Assembly: GCF_947568905.1 (NCBI RefSeq)
Contig: NC_079167.1
Location: forward strand, 22,630,001 to 22,694,000
Direction of reading: 5' to 3'
DNA: 64,000 bases
Source: Ostrea edulis
Lineage: Eukaryota
In this document: in pieces, positions 37,907-52,215 of the stretch
Layout of the letters: the number at the start of each line of letters is the position of its first letter
Position numbering within the stretch: position 1 is the stretch's first letter
The notes under the pieces: generated by a model
Databases searched by the model: none
The model's input: the letters and a program-made list of their open reading frames with translations, nothing else
What the model was told of the DNA's origin: nothing
Position numbers and translations under genes: made by a program

Positions 37907-39189
37907 TTAAGGTGACTCCATACTCGCAGTTTTATCTGATACAAGTTTGAAAAGTGTATTTGACTTAAAAATATATCGCATAATAGACTTGATAAATAAA
38001 TCAATAGAAACAGAGTTATTGCCCTTGGATTCAATATTTTGACATGTATCATTGATTATTCCTCTATAACTTAGACTTTTGAAATAGTTTATTTCTAACA
38101 AGATTTTTTACATTAAGTATCGGAAAATACTCCAACAAAATTTATGTTCCTATCATGCATAAATCTAAAGAAATAATTGATTTGGCAAAATCTGATGACA
38201 TCACCGGAGGGTGGAATTACTTTAAAGACCCAACTTTAAGTTAACGCCCCCAAATTTTACCTGCGTCGCGATCAATGATAAGCCGCTGGTCAATCAAACT
38301 TTTAACAATAGAGCTTAGATTGATTGACGTTTGCAGAGACCGTGGTCTACAGCTACCTGAGAAAGATGTTTTGATAACAATCATGGCTAATGATGATCGG
38401 TAGTCTTCAGATCTCGAGGAAAGCCCCAGTATACCTGAGTTTTGATAGCATTGACTCGCACCTAGAATATTTTAATTTCTAACGTCCCCTATACAATGCA
38501 ATTTATCATCGTATTTTCTCTCCATCTTTATACATGTATTATAGATTAAACAATCAGAAATCAAACAATAATAATAATAATAAAAAAAAACACCCAAACA
38601 AACATAAGTTATTGGAATATTTTCTATTAATGATTTATTGTGGCTTTATATTTATAAAAACATGAACAATTCTTTATTGGCGCAGCCCATCAACATGTAT
38701 AATGGTTATATTGCCCATGCGTAAAACTGTTACAGTAGTTTAAAAAATGCTTCTGTTTGAGATACCACATGGATTATAAATTACACAATCAGAAATCAAA
38801 CAACAGTGATAAAGCATAAATAAGTTATTGAGATATTTCTATTTATAATTTATCACGGCTTTATATTGAGAGAGAGAGAGAGTGTGAGAGAGAGAGTTAC
38901 TGAGATATTTCTATTTATAATTTATCACGGCTTTATATTTATATATAGAGAGAGAGTTATTTCTATTTATAATTTATCACGGTTTTATATCTATAAAGAT
39001 AAAGAGAGAGAGAGAGAGAGAGAGTTAGTTGTTGAGCTATTTATAATTTATCACGGTTTTATGTTTATAAAGAGAGAGAGAGAGAGAGAGATGTGTAAAA
39101 CTGTAGCAATAATATAGATGAAATAATATGGCATGGCAATAGTGTTGCATACGTATGACAATAATTACTCATTTAGTCAATGATTGAGA

Positions 39190-39385
39190 GTAAGGGAGAA
39201 AGAGAGAGAGAGAGAGAAAGGGGGGGGTAGACTAGCTACGTGTCAGCTTTTGTTTGGGATACCATCGTTACACAAACACTACGTCCACAGAAACCCTAAA
39301 GAGAGAGAGAGGAGGGGGTGTATACTTCGTGTCAGCTTCTGTTTGGGATGCCATCGTTACACAAACACTACGTCCACAGAACCCC

Positions 39386-39467
<82 letters not shown>

Positions 39468-39545
39468 GGGGGGGAGACTTCGTGTCAGCTTCTCTGTTTG
39501 GGATACCACCATTACGCAAACACTACAGCTACAGAAACCCTACAG
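39190..39545 (+). repeat. Three ~85-bp units separated by (GA)n tracts
   Basis: cgtgtcagctt..tgtttgggat.ccatcgttacacaaacactac..cacagaaaccct x3. Confidence 0.85.
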
Positions 39546-42500
39546 ACAGCCCATATTTAGGGGTATCTTGACCATTCTTCATTTGGTTGTACATGTACAC
39601 AGATCTACTTGGATTTATTCATTCTCTCGAAACATGGATATTTTACGTACTACACCCACGACACCGCGAACTCCCAGGACACGCCGGGTAATATTATATT
39701 TAGGAAATTATTTATATACGATATATAACAATTTAATTAGAAGTTTTAAAAAGCAAATGTTTAGAAATGGGTTAAACCTGTCATTTGCAATGCATAAATA
39801 TGACCAAGTTTGAAGGTTTACGGGAAATAGAAATGCGGTATGCATGTAGGTAGAACTTTTAATTATTTTTTTTGCACAAATCAAGACACTAAGCATAATT
39901 TGTAATAACCTGAGAAATTTCCTGTGTATATCATAAAAATATACACAACAACTGATCTCTTGGCCAGGTAAATTCCAGGTAAATAACATTGACCATGGAT
40001 AAGCTCCGCCCACATTCAGTCATCCGTGGAGCAACCGTACGGTGGTTTTTTTTGGGTCTTTAAAGGCAAAATCAACTTTTCTAGGCATCGAATGGTCGAG
40101 GTGCATGAATTTACGTTGTCCGAGACGAGAAGCTTCGTTTTCATTCTGCAACACGTGGAGCCGAGATACAGACGCCATGCTCGAGAGTGCATGTTCATAC
40201 CGTGATGCGTCTAACAGTTTCAGTGGTTCGGTTTTTACAGTTATTAGCTTTGAAACTTTCTAAATAATGCTTTTTAAATATATTCGATCAGTGCATACTA
40301 TCTATTCAAGATATATTACTGGATTCAGGTACTCTTCACACAATTGCTCTGAAAAAAATATAGTTCCATTCATGATCAGCAGACAAATGTATAGAATATC
40401 GATGTGTATGTAATACGTGGGAGAAAACAAAATTAAAGTCAAATGTTATTAAGAAAAATCACTTTCCCCCCAGAAATGTATATAAGAAGTGTTCATATTC
40501 CTACGCTAGCTGCCTCCTCAGTGTATTGCACGAAAATATATAGGTCATTCTTCGATTGAAAATCTTTTCACGATTGATTATACTATTGCAACAATTATAT
40601 TACTTTGATGAATATTGTTCGTTAAATATCATACAATTTCTTCTGAGAGAGACTGTTAATCAGTAATTTATGTGGGGTTTTCCCGTTGTTTAATGACGGA
40701 ATGCGTATACAACACTCAACACCTGGATTCGGACCACGATTAAAAGGTGAAGGTCACCAGTCTGAAGATATTTGCAATGTATTCAGTGTGACATATGCAT
40801 GTATATTTATTTTTTAAGGGTTTCTTTGCTGTTAAGGTTATACCATACACAAAATTTGGAGAAAGTGTAGATTACATCAATCCTTCTTGTTTTTGTCATT
40901 CTAAAGTTCACATTAATTTGTTACATGGTAAAAATTAGAGTACAATTGTATTTATTCCGAGAGATTTCAATTTTTTCATGTCTTTGCTTTGAATTTCCAT
41001 ACAGATATTAAAGGAAAAATTTGGGAAGAATGATGAAATAAGACTGGTTTGATAGGGAAATTTTGTGATAAAAATTATAATTTTTAGCAAAAATTAAGCC
41101 TGCACAAAGTATATGCCCCAATAAGTTGAATTAATAGGTATACACATTCTCATGTAGTATTTTTAAAGCTATACTTTTCTGCTGTATTTTAATAAATTTG
41201 CTAATCCCCAACTTCCTTGATTTCCTTCTTTATCATTCGACAAAAAAGCATAAATATCTTTGTACCGTATTTGTGCCATCTATCCATTTTTTCATATGTC
41301 TTGCAAGCACCGGTGTATGCACTGTTTGCTAGTGACAAAAGACTGGTGACGGTATTTGCTACGGACATGAAGGACTATACACCAGTTTCATAACAAGTGC
41401 AGTCTTTTCTTAGAGATCAGCTGAGCATAATGAAAATTCAAGTAAATTAAAAGTCGAATATCTTGGATATGGGGTAACCCATATCTATTCTTGTTATTAA
41501 AGGATTAAAAGTAAATTTAAATATTTGCATATGAATAACGAGAATATCGAATATAAATCAAGATTTTCGTGTATAAATCAAGATTTGTATAATGTTGCAA
41601 CGTTGTACACGCCATAGCCGATTTAAATAATGTATCCAAAGGCACCTGAAGTGTGGACACTATTACTACCCCCCCCTTCTGATTTTTTTTTTTTGCAGCG
41701 AACATTTCTCCGAAATATGTGGATTCTCTGTCTATCTCATCCCAATTTCGATTTATGTAATCGGTTTTATGCTTTTTGTAAGCTTTAGAGATTGGCCTTC
41801 TACTGGTATTTATAAAATAAACCGATAGAAGGCCATGACTGTTCAAATTATAGGAGAATTAAAAAGTCTTAGAAAAGGGGATAAAAAGTCGTAATAAAAT
41901 ATAAACAGTCGTAATAAAATATAAACAGTCTTAATACATGTAAAACAGTTTAATTAAACATACATATTGAGTAGATTCCGAGGACCACAGGTCCACCCCT
42001 GTCAGCTGCAGATCTACGTCTCTCTGAGAAAATATTAAGACATATCAGAGTCTCTGGTCTGTCTCATTATTTCCCCCTGAGAGCTACAGATCTGCAGATA
42101 CAATAGTATAAGAGAGTGCAACACATTAAACGGGGCACGGTTCACCGAACGATATTGTGCGTGGAATATTAAACGGCACTTTTCAGTACGCATCTGTCTC
42201 GAAATAAGTTTAAAAATAAATTTTCCTCATTGCGGTTAAAAATAATTTTAACGGAAATAATTGTCTGTGACATCAATAGATCTGTGATAACAATGAGATA
42301 CGTATATCATCACCGTGTTAAAGAAGATTCTATATAATATTGAAATGAAACCAGCTGGTTTTTGGCCCATCCCCCGTCCTAAGGACCCTTACACTGCAAT
42401 TCCTATATCCCTACCTAAATATTTGGACGTCTGTTGTTGCTTTTACGAGAAATTTAAAGGAGCGAATCTACATTTTACATTTGACAAATTGTAGTTTTGA

Positions 42501-42863
42501 TGTTCTTGATGAGAATTGAAGAATGTTTTAGATTTTCCCTGTATATACACATACACGTATTACGTAATATAATGCTTTGTACTTTTGTTAAGTCTTAAAG
42601 ATATTCTGGGGTCATGATTTGGAGAGAAAAACAACAAAACAATTTCAACGATTGAATAATGTTTGTGCATTGTTTTTCTACAATTTGTTGTGACTAATAT
42701 TGCTCTTGGTAAGATTTTGAAAGACTTTTTCAATTCAAATTCATGAAAAATATCAACAACTTGGAGGTCCTGTTGTAACCCCATTTCCCGTAAAGACGTG
42801 AATAAATTTGTATCTCCTCTATCTAAGAAGCTGGGACACACGAGTAGTTCTTAACGAATTTAA

Positions 42864-43310
42864 ACGGTCATGGACACGAATCTGAATGTCAGTAGTCAAG
42901 GTACATGGGAGATAGGGAGGTCACAAGTCCTTGTTATGTAAACAAGGATCGTACCATGTTTTTGTTTACATGTACATAGGTTAAATAAACTAATAAAAGT
43001 TTCAATTAAAGCAGATTTTTTCAATTTATAAGTGTATTCTTAACACAATTAAATAGTTTCTAGTGTTTGGCTCATCTCATTTTGTTTTAAACACTCTATT
43101 TTCTATTAAACAGACTAATGTAAACGAAAACACGGCACGAGCCTTGTTTACATCACAAAGAATTGTGAGTGCTGCATCTCACTTATAACAACTGATATTC
43201 AAAGTTTGGTTGACCATTCTAGAAATACTTTAATTAAGCATTGTAATGGAACAATAAAAATGGAAAAATAAAATTTGAAAAATTTCAGCTCAAATCGTGT
43301 CCATGCCCCT
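42864..43310. mobile_element. TTAA-flanked TIR MITE (Kolobok-like)
   Basis: TTAA|acggtcatggacacga ... tcgtgtccatgcccct|TTAA; the same right end occurs at 37377. Confidence 0.75.
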
Positions 43311-43454
43311 TTAAGGTTTCCAATTTGGTCCTGCCTTGTTTTACTACTTCCTAATTATCTCCCTTTGACGATGACGGACAAATTTTTCTTTATCCTCCAT
43401 GTACCTACGACTCAGATGAGCTAAACAAGCTAAAACCAAATCAAACCAACAAAA

Positions 43455-44690
43455 ACAAAAAAGGGCGGTAACCTAAAAAAGACAGACAACAACATATATA
43501 GAGGGCGGTGACTTCAAAACAGACAACAAAAAACAAAATATAGAGGGCGATAACCTAAAAAACACAGACAACAAAAACAAAATATAGAGGGCGATAACCT
43601 AAAAACACAGACAACAAAAACAAAATATAGAGGGCGATAACCCACAAAACCACAGGCAATCAAAACAAAATATAGAGGGCGGTAACACCCAGAAACACAG
43701 ACAACAAAAACTAAATATAGAGGGCGATAACCTAAAAAACACAGACAACAAAAACAAAATATAGAGGGCGATAACCTAAAAACACAGACAACAAAAACAA
43801 AACATAGAGGGCGATAACCCACAAAACCACAGGCAATCAAAACAAAATATAGAGGGCGGTAACTTCAAACAGACGACAAAAACTAAATATAGAGGGCGAT
43901 AACCTAAAAACACAGACAACAAAAACAAAACATAGAGGGCGATAACCTAAAAAACACAGACAACAAAAACAAAATATATATAGAGGGCGGTAACCCAGAA
44001 AAACACAGACAACAAAAACAAAATATAGAGGGCGGTAACCCAAAAAAACCACAGGCAATCAAAACAAAATATAGAGGGCGGTAACCCACAAAAACACAGG
44101 CAACAAAAACAAAATATAGAGGGCGGTAACCCATAAAACACAGGCAACAAAAACAAAATGTAGATGGTTGTAAATCCAAAACAGACAACATAAACGAAAC
44201 ATTATGGAGGGTTGTAACTTCACAACAAACAACAAAAACAAAATATTATAGAGGTTTGTAACCTCAAAACATAGACAGATAAAACAACAAAATGCAGAGG
44301 GTGGTAACCCAAAACACAATCAACAAAACCTAAATAAAGACGGTGATAACCTTAAAACAGACAACAAAAATCAATATACAGGGCGGTCTCCTCCAAAACA
44401 CAGACAACAAAAACCAATATACAGGGCGGTCTCCTCCAAAACACAGACAACAAAAACCAATATACAGAGCGGTCTCCTCCAAAACACAGACAACAAAAAC
44501 CAATATACAGAGCGGTCTCCTCCAAAACACAGACAACAAAAACCAATATACAGGGCGGTCTCCTCCAATACACAGACAACAAAAACCAATATACAGGGCG
44601 GTCTCCTCCAATACACAGACAACAAAAACCAATATACAGGGCGGTCCCCTCCAATACACAGACAACAAAAACCAATATACAGGGCGGTGT
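43455..44690 (+). repeat. A/C-rich 40-43-bp minisatellite with two sub-arrays
   Basis: Left unit tagagggcgataacctaaaaaacacagacaacaaaaacaaaata; homogeneous right unit tacagggcggtctcctccaaaacacagacaacaaaaaccaata (period 43). ORFs in the track here are repeat artefacts. Confidence 0.95.
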
Positions 44691-45854
44691 ATGGAGAATG
44701 GTAACCCAAACAAAAAACTTTTTGCGACAATTATAGTACAATTTCATAAGAAAACACATGTACGTGGTATCAATCATTGAAAGTTTACCATATTCTCTAA
44801 CAAAGTGTGTTTACAGTGGTAAAAGTACTGGTAATAATATTAGATGTTTTTGTAGTTAATTTTCAAAGGCCACACAGGAAAAGGGGATTTGCAAGGAACA
44901 TGGTAGAAACCAAACTTCTACCATCCGGTAATTCAGCTGATTAAAAATCACCAAAATGTATAAGATTTACTTAGAAAACTTTTGCAATCCCAATTCATAA
45001 CGAAATTATAATATTGTCATTGTCTGGTCAAGTCATCATTTACAAGCTCCAATATAGAACAACAACAGACATCAGAATTCCTGATATGACAAGCATGCAT
45101 TTTATTCATTTAAAAAAAATGGTGTCAGAATATCATCTTGAAAAGTGCACTAGTTGCATTTTTGAAATGTTTTCTTCTGTTAGCAGTAAACTCTTGAGAG
45201 CACAGCCTACACTCCCGCGAACGTAGGTACCTCTCGTAACTGTCATGTGTTTGACAGGACTTAATTAATTCCTTACAGATGGTAATTACAAGTAATAATC
45301 ACTTCTTTTGAACAAGCGAGAAAATACGTCGTCCCACAAGATGTATACAGGAAACGACGGTTTACTGGAAATACATCAGCGCTCACGTAGAGGCGACCCC
45401 TCACCAAAATTAATACACAGATTGACATTGTAGACACGAAATGATCTCCTAATTAATAATTATTCAATGAAAAAGCGTGCGTCTTGTTTTTGATCAGATT
45501 GGACACTAATCAATGTATGCACTTTGTCAACATATTAATAATCAGTTGTGTATTATCAATCAATTATTGCAGACGGTATGCACATTGTGTGTTTTCAGCT
45601 CCGGTTCTGCAAACAATTTCTTTTTACCAAAAAAAAAAATCGCCTGTTTGCTCTCAATATATTTAAATGATCTGGAACACTTTTTTTTGGATATCAAATG
45701 TTTAGAAAGTATCTAAGACACTGGATAAATATGTTTCTTAAATTCTGTCGTACGCTGGTGATACTGTGCGTGCAAACCTCAGAATCAGAATTTGATCTTC
45801 AGAAAACAGCTGTCCGTCTTGTGCATGGTTAAACCAGACTGTATAAACGTAATC

Positions 45855-47659
45855 GGTACTGACTAAAACCCGGTCTCGGTCCCGGTCTTCGGTCTCGGTC
45901 CCGTGACTAAAACCCGGTCTTCGGTCCCGGTCCCATCTACTTTTATTCAATAAAAATAGAATATATCAGGATATTTGAGCCCCATTTCTCAATAACTTAG
46001 GTATGACATCTCATGCCTGCATTCTGATAGTAAATTGATCATATTATTTTCTTCTTTTGTAAAATAATATGTGAAAACTCCGGGACCGGTGGGACCGAGA
46101 AATAAAAACAATGCTAAAAGCCGGTCCCGGTCTCGACATTTTTCCTCAATAGCCGCTTTAATCTACCTTTTCATAAAAAATATAAGGACGTGATACTCAA
46201 TGGCATCCCTTTGTATACATATATTTCTGATTTATTGTGTGTGTAGGTTTTTTATTCCAATATTCTCTATACATGTATTTATGTCAGAATCGAACTCCAC
46301 TACATGTACGTGGCATTTTCTCCCAAATGATCGCGTTACACTACCTTTTCATTAGAAGATAAGGATGCAGAAGGAAATAATATATATGTACTTATCCTGG
46401 TGTATTTGTTTGTAATTTACAGTTAGTTTATTTGTTCATTTATTTTATTTCTTCCATTCCTGTCAAAAGATTCATGTTTGGTATTCCGAACCCGATCTAT
46501 TCATATGGGTATAGTTGTATATAACCAATAAATAATAACTATAAAATATTTCTTCCTTTCTTATTTCATACTTAGTTTTCTTTTTTTCAGTTGTGGTTCT
46601 TTTAGATACAATGCTTTAAAAAAAAGTCCACCTAATATATTTATAGTATCTATAAAAGTGTGTCATACATAGAGCACATGCTCACCAAAAATTCTCAGAT
46701 TATGTATACTTATACAGAAGATACCCTCTGACTTTAGATGATCTTCAAATAACCTATGGTATGTTTTACTGTAATATTATGTTGTAACTATATTTATTGT
46801 GAATAGTTATATACGTATATGTGCAAACACATGTATTAATTATGCTGCACAAAAACTGTTGGTTTCCTATTTTCAAAATATCTTATATTTCAAAGTGCAT
46901 AAATTTGACATAAACTGATAAATTTACAAACAATGAAATCTACATTTATAAATATGCAAGACATACATGTAAATTTATTTAAGAAATAAATTTCAGTTTT
47001 GAAAATACAAATAGGCCTACGGTACTGTTAGCGCTTCATGAAAAGTATACCTGCGTGAAGCATTTTAAATACCCTCGTGTAATTTTACTAACCATTCAAG
47101 ATTTATGGCTAAAGTTAAATATTTTCAAAAGTAGGTCAAATTTGAAAGGTGAAGAACTGCATGTAAAGAAAGGTCTTGTCACAAGGAGTACACATGTGAA
47201 ATATGAAAACCCTATCAACATGCATTCAAAAGTTATGCCGAAGGTTCAAGTTTTTGCTGACAAACAGACGGATGGACCAAAAACTATATAAAGGCGCCCC
47301 GAATATCCGATTACGGGGTATAACATTTGCTTTTCAAAAGCATCATTCTTGTATTCAGAATCTTTCTGGAAAGGGGCGGGCGAGAGGTTGTTGACTAGAG
47401 TGCACATTAATTTTGTTTCGCTATCAACAACAATTATTCATCATGTTTTGATAATCATAATAAAATTTAAGGACATTTTTTTTTTTTTCCATTTCACTAA
47501 TGAACATAATTTTTTAAAGTACTTCATACATCGTACATTCTGGACTCATATTTTGCACGTATTATTCTAATATTTACATAAAGGTTTTTCTTCCCTGATT
47601 AAAACAACTAATATTACATCATAATTTAACAAATTAATGCGATTCTCACGATACACTCG

Positions 47660-47719
<60 letters not shown>

Positions 47720-48419
47720 AGTAACCCGCGTATACATGTACATATACAGAGACCCGGTTCGGAATATACCAACATTGAATTTGAAAATTTTATCAATCGT
47801 GTGGTCAGGTGTTTGACCTAAATGAAATATAAAAAAGACTTAATTTTGTAAATACTACATCCAACAGTAAATTACAAACAAATACACTAGGATAAATGCA
47901 TATATATTATTTCTCTTCTACATCCTTATCTTTTTATGAAAATGTATTGTAATGCGTTCATTTGGGAGAGAAAAAATCACGTAGTTGAGTTCGATTTTGA
48001 CATTAAAAAGGAAAATTGGAATAAAACACAAACATACAATAAATCAGAAACATACATGTGCATACAAAGGAATGTCATTGAATATAACACTCTTATCTTT
48101 TTCTCATAAAAAAGTAGATTAAAGCGGCTATTTAGAAATATAAAAAAACATCGAGACCGGGACCGGCTTTTAGCACTGTTTTTACTTCTCGGTCCCACCG
48201 GTCCCGGAGTTTTCACATATTATTTTACAAAAGAAGAAAATAATATGATCAATTTACTATCAGAATGCAGGCATGAGATGTCATACCTAAGTTATTGAGA
48301 AATGGGGCTCAAATATCCTGATATATTCTATTTTTATTGAATAAAAGTATATGGGACCGGGACCGAAGACCGGGTTTTAGTCACGGGACCGAGACCGAGA
48401 CCGGGTTTTAGTCAGTACC
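45855..48419. mobile_element. Non-autonomous long-TIR (Mutator/foldback-like) DNA transposon, 2565 bp
   Basis: Termini GGTACTGACTAAAA / TTTTAGTCAGTACC; exact 9-bp TSD AACGTAATC (45846-45854, 48420-48428); ~560-bp inverted arms; no transposase ORF. Confidence 0.9.
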
Positions 48420-48584
48420 AACGTAATCGATTCAACTCTTTGTTAAAGATATGCTTTTGGATCAGTTTAAGCAAAAATGGCATTCTTAAATGATTCCTGT
48501 CATAGGATAAATTGCATAATGTTTATAAGCTCTTCAGAATTTGATAAATCAGATGATAGTTTTCAAACACCTGTAGATTTCGTA

Positions 48585-48768
48585 CAACTAATCACCTTCC
48601 CGTTATAGATTTCGTACAACTAATCACCTCCCCGTTACAGATTTCGTACAACTAATCACCGTCTCCCCGTTATAGATTTCGTACAACTAATCACCTTCCC
48701 GTTACAGATTTTGTACAACTAATCACCTCCCCGTTACAGATTTTGTACAACTAATCACCTCCCCGTTA
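48585..48768 (+). repeat. ~33-bp tandem repeat x5-6 (gatttcgtacaactaatcacctccccgttaca)
   Basis: Seen directly. Confidence 0.9.
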
Positions 48769-50290
48769 AAATTGGAAGGTGGGAAATCATTGAGAGATTT
48801 GAACGTTATGCAGAGATACTCTTCGCCAATATCCGCAAACCTGAAACGTTGCTTTTAAAATATTTAGAAATATCACATGTAACAAAGTCTTAAATGAATT
48901 ATTTCCTTTCATTCGCATTATATAGATAAAGTTCTGTTCTACTAAGGTACACTGTATATACAGTACAATACATGTACGTAGGTAGGTATGTATATAGTAC
49001 GTGTACTGTGTTAACCATTGGTTTGTAGTTTTAAGCTATTACTGTCATCACTTCATTATCATCTATCCATCATATCTCTGTACTAATGTTTGTGTTAATA
49101 AACATACACCGTTCTTAGAAGGACTGTGGTAAAATAATTAAACTTTGGATCAATTTACAGCGCGAAACTGATCAGCCTTCGAACCACGTGTGAAAATTTG
49201 ACCCTCGGTAAAAGCTGATCAATTACCGTAGCTGGGTCGAGACTCATTAGATAATGCCACTCCTGCTTATTACCTGAAAATCCTACAGAACAGATTTCTC
49301 CCCATGTTAACACCCCCGTTATAATGCCATATGCCACTCGTTTTTAAACAAATGGTCAAATTTTATGGGTTTTACCCTCGATAATAATACCAATATCCCA
49401 ACACCCACCAATAATCACACCTTTACTTTGAGAACAGTGCAGTAAAGTGTGGCAGTCAGGACAAGGTAGTCAGGTGTTAAGGTTAATTACAAATAATTGC
49501 TGAATCAAACTAAAGATTATCTAAATGTTTATACAGATTGGAGCCCAAATTTTACAGAATCGAATTTCTTTTGACTGCTAAGTAAATCATCTGTAACGGT
49601 AAATTCGTTATATTGCCACCCCCGCTTTATTGCCAAAATTGGTCTTGAACAAAAGTTGGCAATATATCGAGGGAGTACTGTATGATCATTTTACTCTCGT
49701 TTACTAGTAATCTAAAGTCTGCCATTTTTTTCAGCACCATTCTGTATTGTTCTTTTATAATGTTACAAGCATTAGAAACAAAGCATTTTCAATTTATGAA
49801 CAATAAAGTCCTGTCTTATCACCATAACCGACACAGGGGCATGGCTCAACGCTTCAAGCTCCTTGGGTGCAGCGACCATGAAATTTAATTTTTTTTAGTT
49901 TCCCTTACCCAAATATGCATACCAAAAATTGGCCATTTTAAAAGTTAATAATGCTCACATATACTAACACAGGTCAACGGACAACCAATTGCAATAGGTC
50001 ACTTTAGTGACTCAGATGACATACAAAAAAGATGGAAAGGTGGTGATAATCTTCCTATTTCGATAATCTACCTAGAGGAATGTTTAACCGGACACAAGGG
50101 TTTGATTTCCATCCGACTCCCTCTTAGTGGTGGGGCCATCAGACACAACTGCATTTAAAACCTTAATTCAATCACACAGATTTCCAGTAATCATATTATA
50201 GAGTACATTGAAATAGAATAAAAGGGGCCCAACTGCTATATAATATAATCAAAGAAATCCAGGCAATGCAACATATGCTATATAACATCT

Positions 50291-50466
50291 CTGATCAAGA
50301 TATAGGGCTCACGGCGGGTGTGACAGGTCGACAAGGGATGCTTGCTCCTCCTAAGCACCTGATTCCACCTCTGGTATGTCCAGGAGTCTGTGTTTACAAA
50401 ACTCTTAATTTTGTTATCTTGTAGGAGTTAAGTGATTGATCACTGTTCGTTATCTTCACCTTTTCA
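50291..50466 (+). mobile_element. Penelope-like (Naiad-type) 3' UTR fragment
   Basis: ctgatcaagatatagggctcacggcgggtgtgacaggtcgac...ttatcttcaccttt matches the other copies. Confidence 0.7.
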
Positions 50467-51904
50467 TCCAAGTTCCTTACAGTGACAGACGTCCAGGTAT
50501 GCCATTTTACCGTTTTATTAACAATATACGAAGTAATGAATACACACAGTTTATGTGAAGTAAGATATACAGAATTCATGTGAAATAATGACTACATACA
50601 TTTAGGACTGAGTTTGTGTTTTCATTTCAGCCTCCTATTTACTTTTTACATAAATGACCCTTCACATAACTGACCTTTCACATAAATGACCTTTTAGATG
50701 ACTGACCTTTAAATGATCACCAATATGCAGTTCAGTGCAGTAGTTGGTGCCTTACAGTGTACAACATAGTACATATAGATCTGTACACAGTAGTATACTT
50801 GTATATAGGTCATCACAAATACGTACACAACATGTGTATAACGAAGTTTAACATTGCAACAACACAACAATGAAATGGGACTAGAAATGTCAGAACAAGC
50901 AGCATTACTTTTAAAAATGTCTCCATTTCATATGTACACTCTCATCATCAATTGCTTTCTGCAATTATACACCCAAGAATTCCTGACTGAGGTTTCTACA
51001 GACCTGTAGCTCTACTGGCCAAATCACATGTGCTGTTGCCTATTCAAAATATAATAATAAAGTGATATTGAACACATAGATACAAATCAACATCTTTCAA
51101 AGGTTTAAAAGACGTATGTATGTATTTGCCAAATGTCATTTAGAAACAGGTATTGATACACGGCAAATTAAAATGTTTGATCCAACTTTAACGAGTGTTG
51201 TCCTTTACAAGAATAAGTCAGATGAGACATATGAAACAAAGACATAAAAGGACAAAGAGTTATATCATGTATACTTCAATAGCAACACTGTCATAATTAT
51301 TACACATATGCATTTAATTATCTAATTAAAAATGAAAACACGATGGACAACATTAACAGTTAACAAATGACATCCCAACCATAAATCTTTGATAAAACAC
51401 TAAAAAAAAAAAACCTCTCAACTCTTTCACCAAACATTCCAAGCAAGACTTATAAACATACAGGTAATGAAATAAATATGTCTGATGATTTAACATTTAC
51501 AAACACCCAATTACTAGATAACTCTGGATTTACTTTACAATGCAAGGCAAATATAAGGAATAAGTAGTGGAAGACAGCAAATTAATCACAAGGGACAGTT
51601 TCAAAAGTGCGTATCAGGATTCAACATTATAATTTCAGCAAAATATAGTGTTAATTTTCTTACTTATTGCATGGATTAACTTGAAATACACGTATATGCA
51701 TTGGGGTTTTTTTTTGAGCTTAGAAAAATGCATTTCAAGTGAAACTGCAGAATCATACTTACATTTATTTTGACATATTTGTGTGCAGTGTGTGTGTGTG
51801 TGAGTACAGTGTGTTTGATTCATCATCAGTAGTTTAGAGATTATCATCTGGGGAATCATAGACTGTAAAGCTTCACAAGTTTTCTTTGTTCTGTGATGAT
51901 CTTC

Positions 51905-52215
51905 TTTTGATGATCGGTATTTTTCTGTGTTTTGAGATGGCCTTCATCTGATGATTGATATTTTTCTGTATTTTGAGATGGCTTTCATTTGATGATCGAT
52001 ATTTTTCTATGTTTTGAGATGGCCTTCATCTGATGATTGATATTTTTTTGTGTTTTGAGATGGCCTTCATCTGATGATCAATATTTTTCTACGTTTTGAG
52101 ATGGCCTTCATCAGATGATGAAAAACTGCAAAGCTTTATGTGGTTTCCTTTGTTTTGAGAGGACCTTCCTCTAGTGATTGATATTTTTCTGTCTTTCGAG
52201 ATGACCTTCATCTAA
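51905..52215 (+). repeat. Degenerate ~41-bp tandem repeat in the probable WIPI2 3' UTR
   Basis: gatatttttctgtgttttgagatggccttcatctgatgatt x~7. Confidence 0.85.

Noticed and set aside
40016-40263. CpG-rich segment with GC box and short ORFs (MASVSRLHVL...)
   Set aside because: Begins at a TTAAAGG end like TTAA-family MITEs; no consistent downstream exons found.
41310-41400. Possible plus-strand terminal exon APVYALFASDKRLVTVFATDMKDYTPVS*
   Set aside because: Isolated; no partner exons identified.
43514-44780. Cluster of overlapping ORFs of 69-145 aa
   Set aside because: Translations of the A/C-rich minisatellite.
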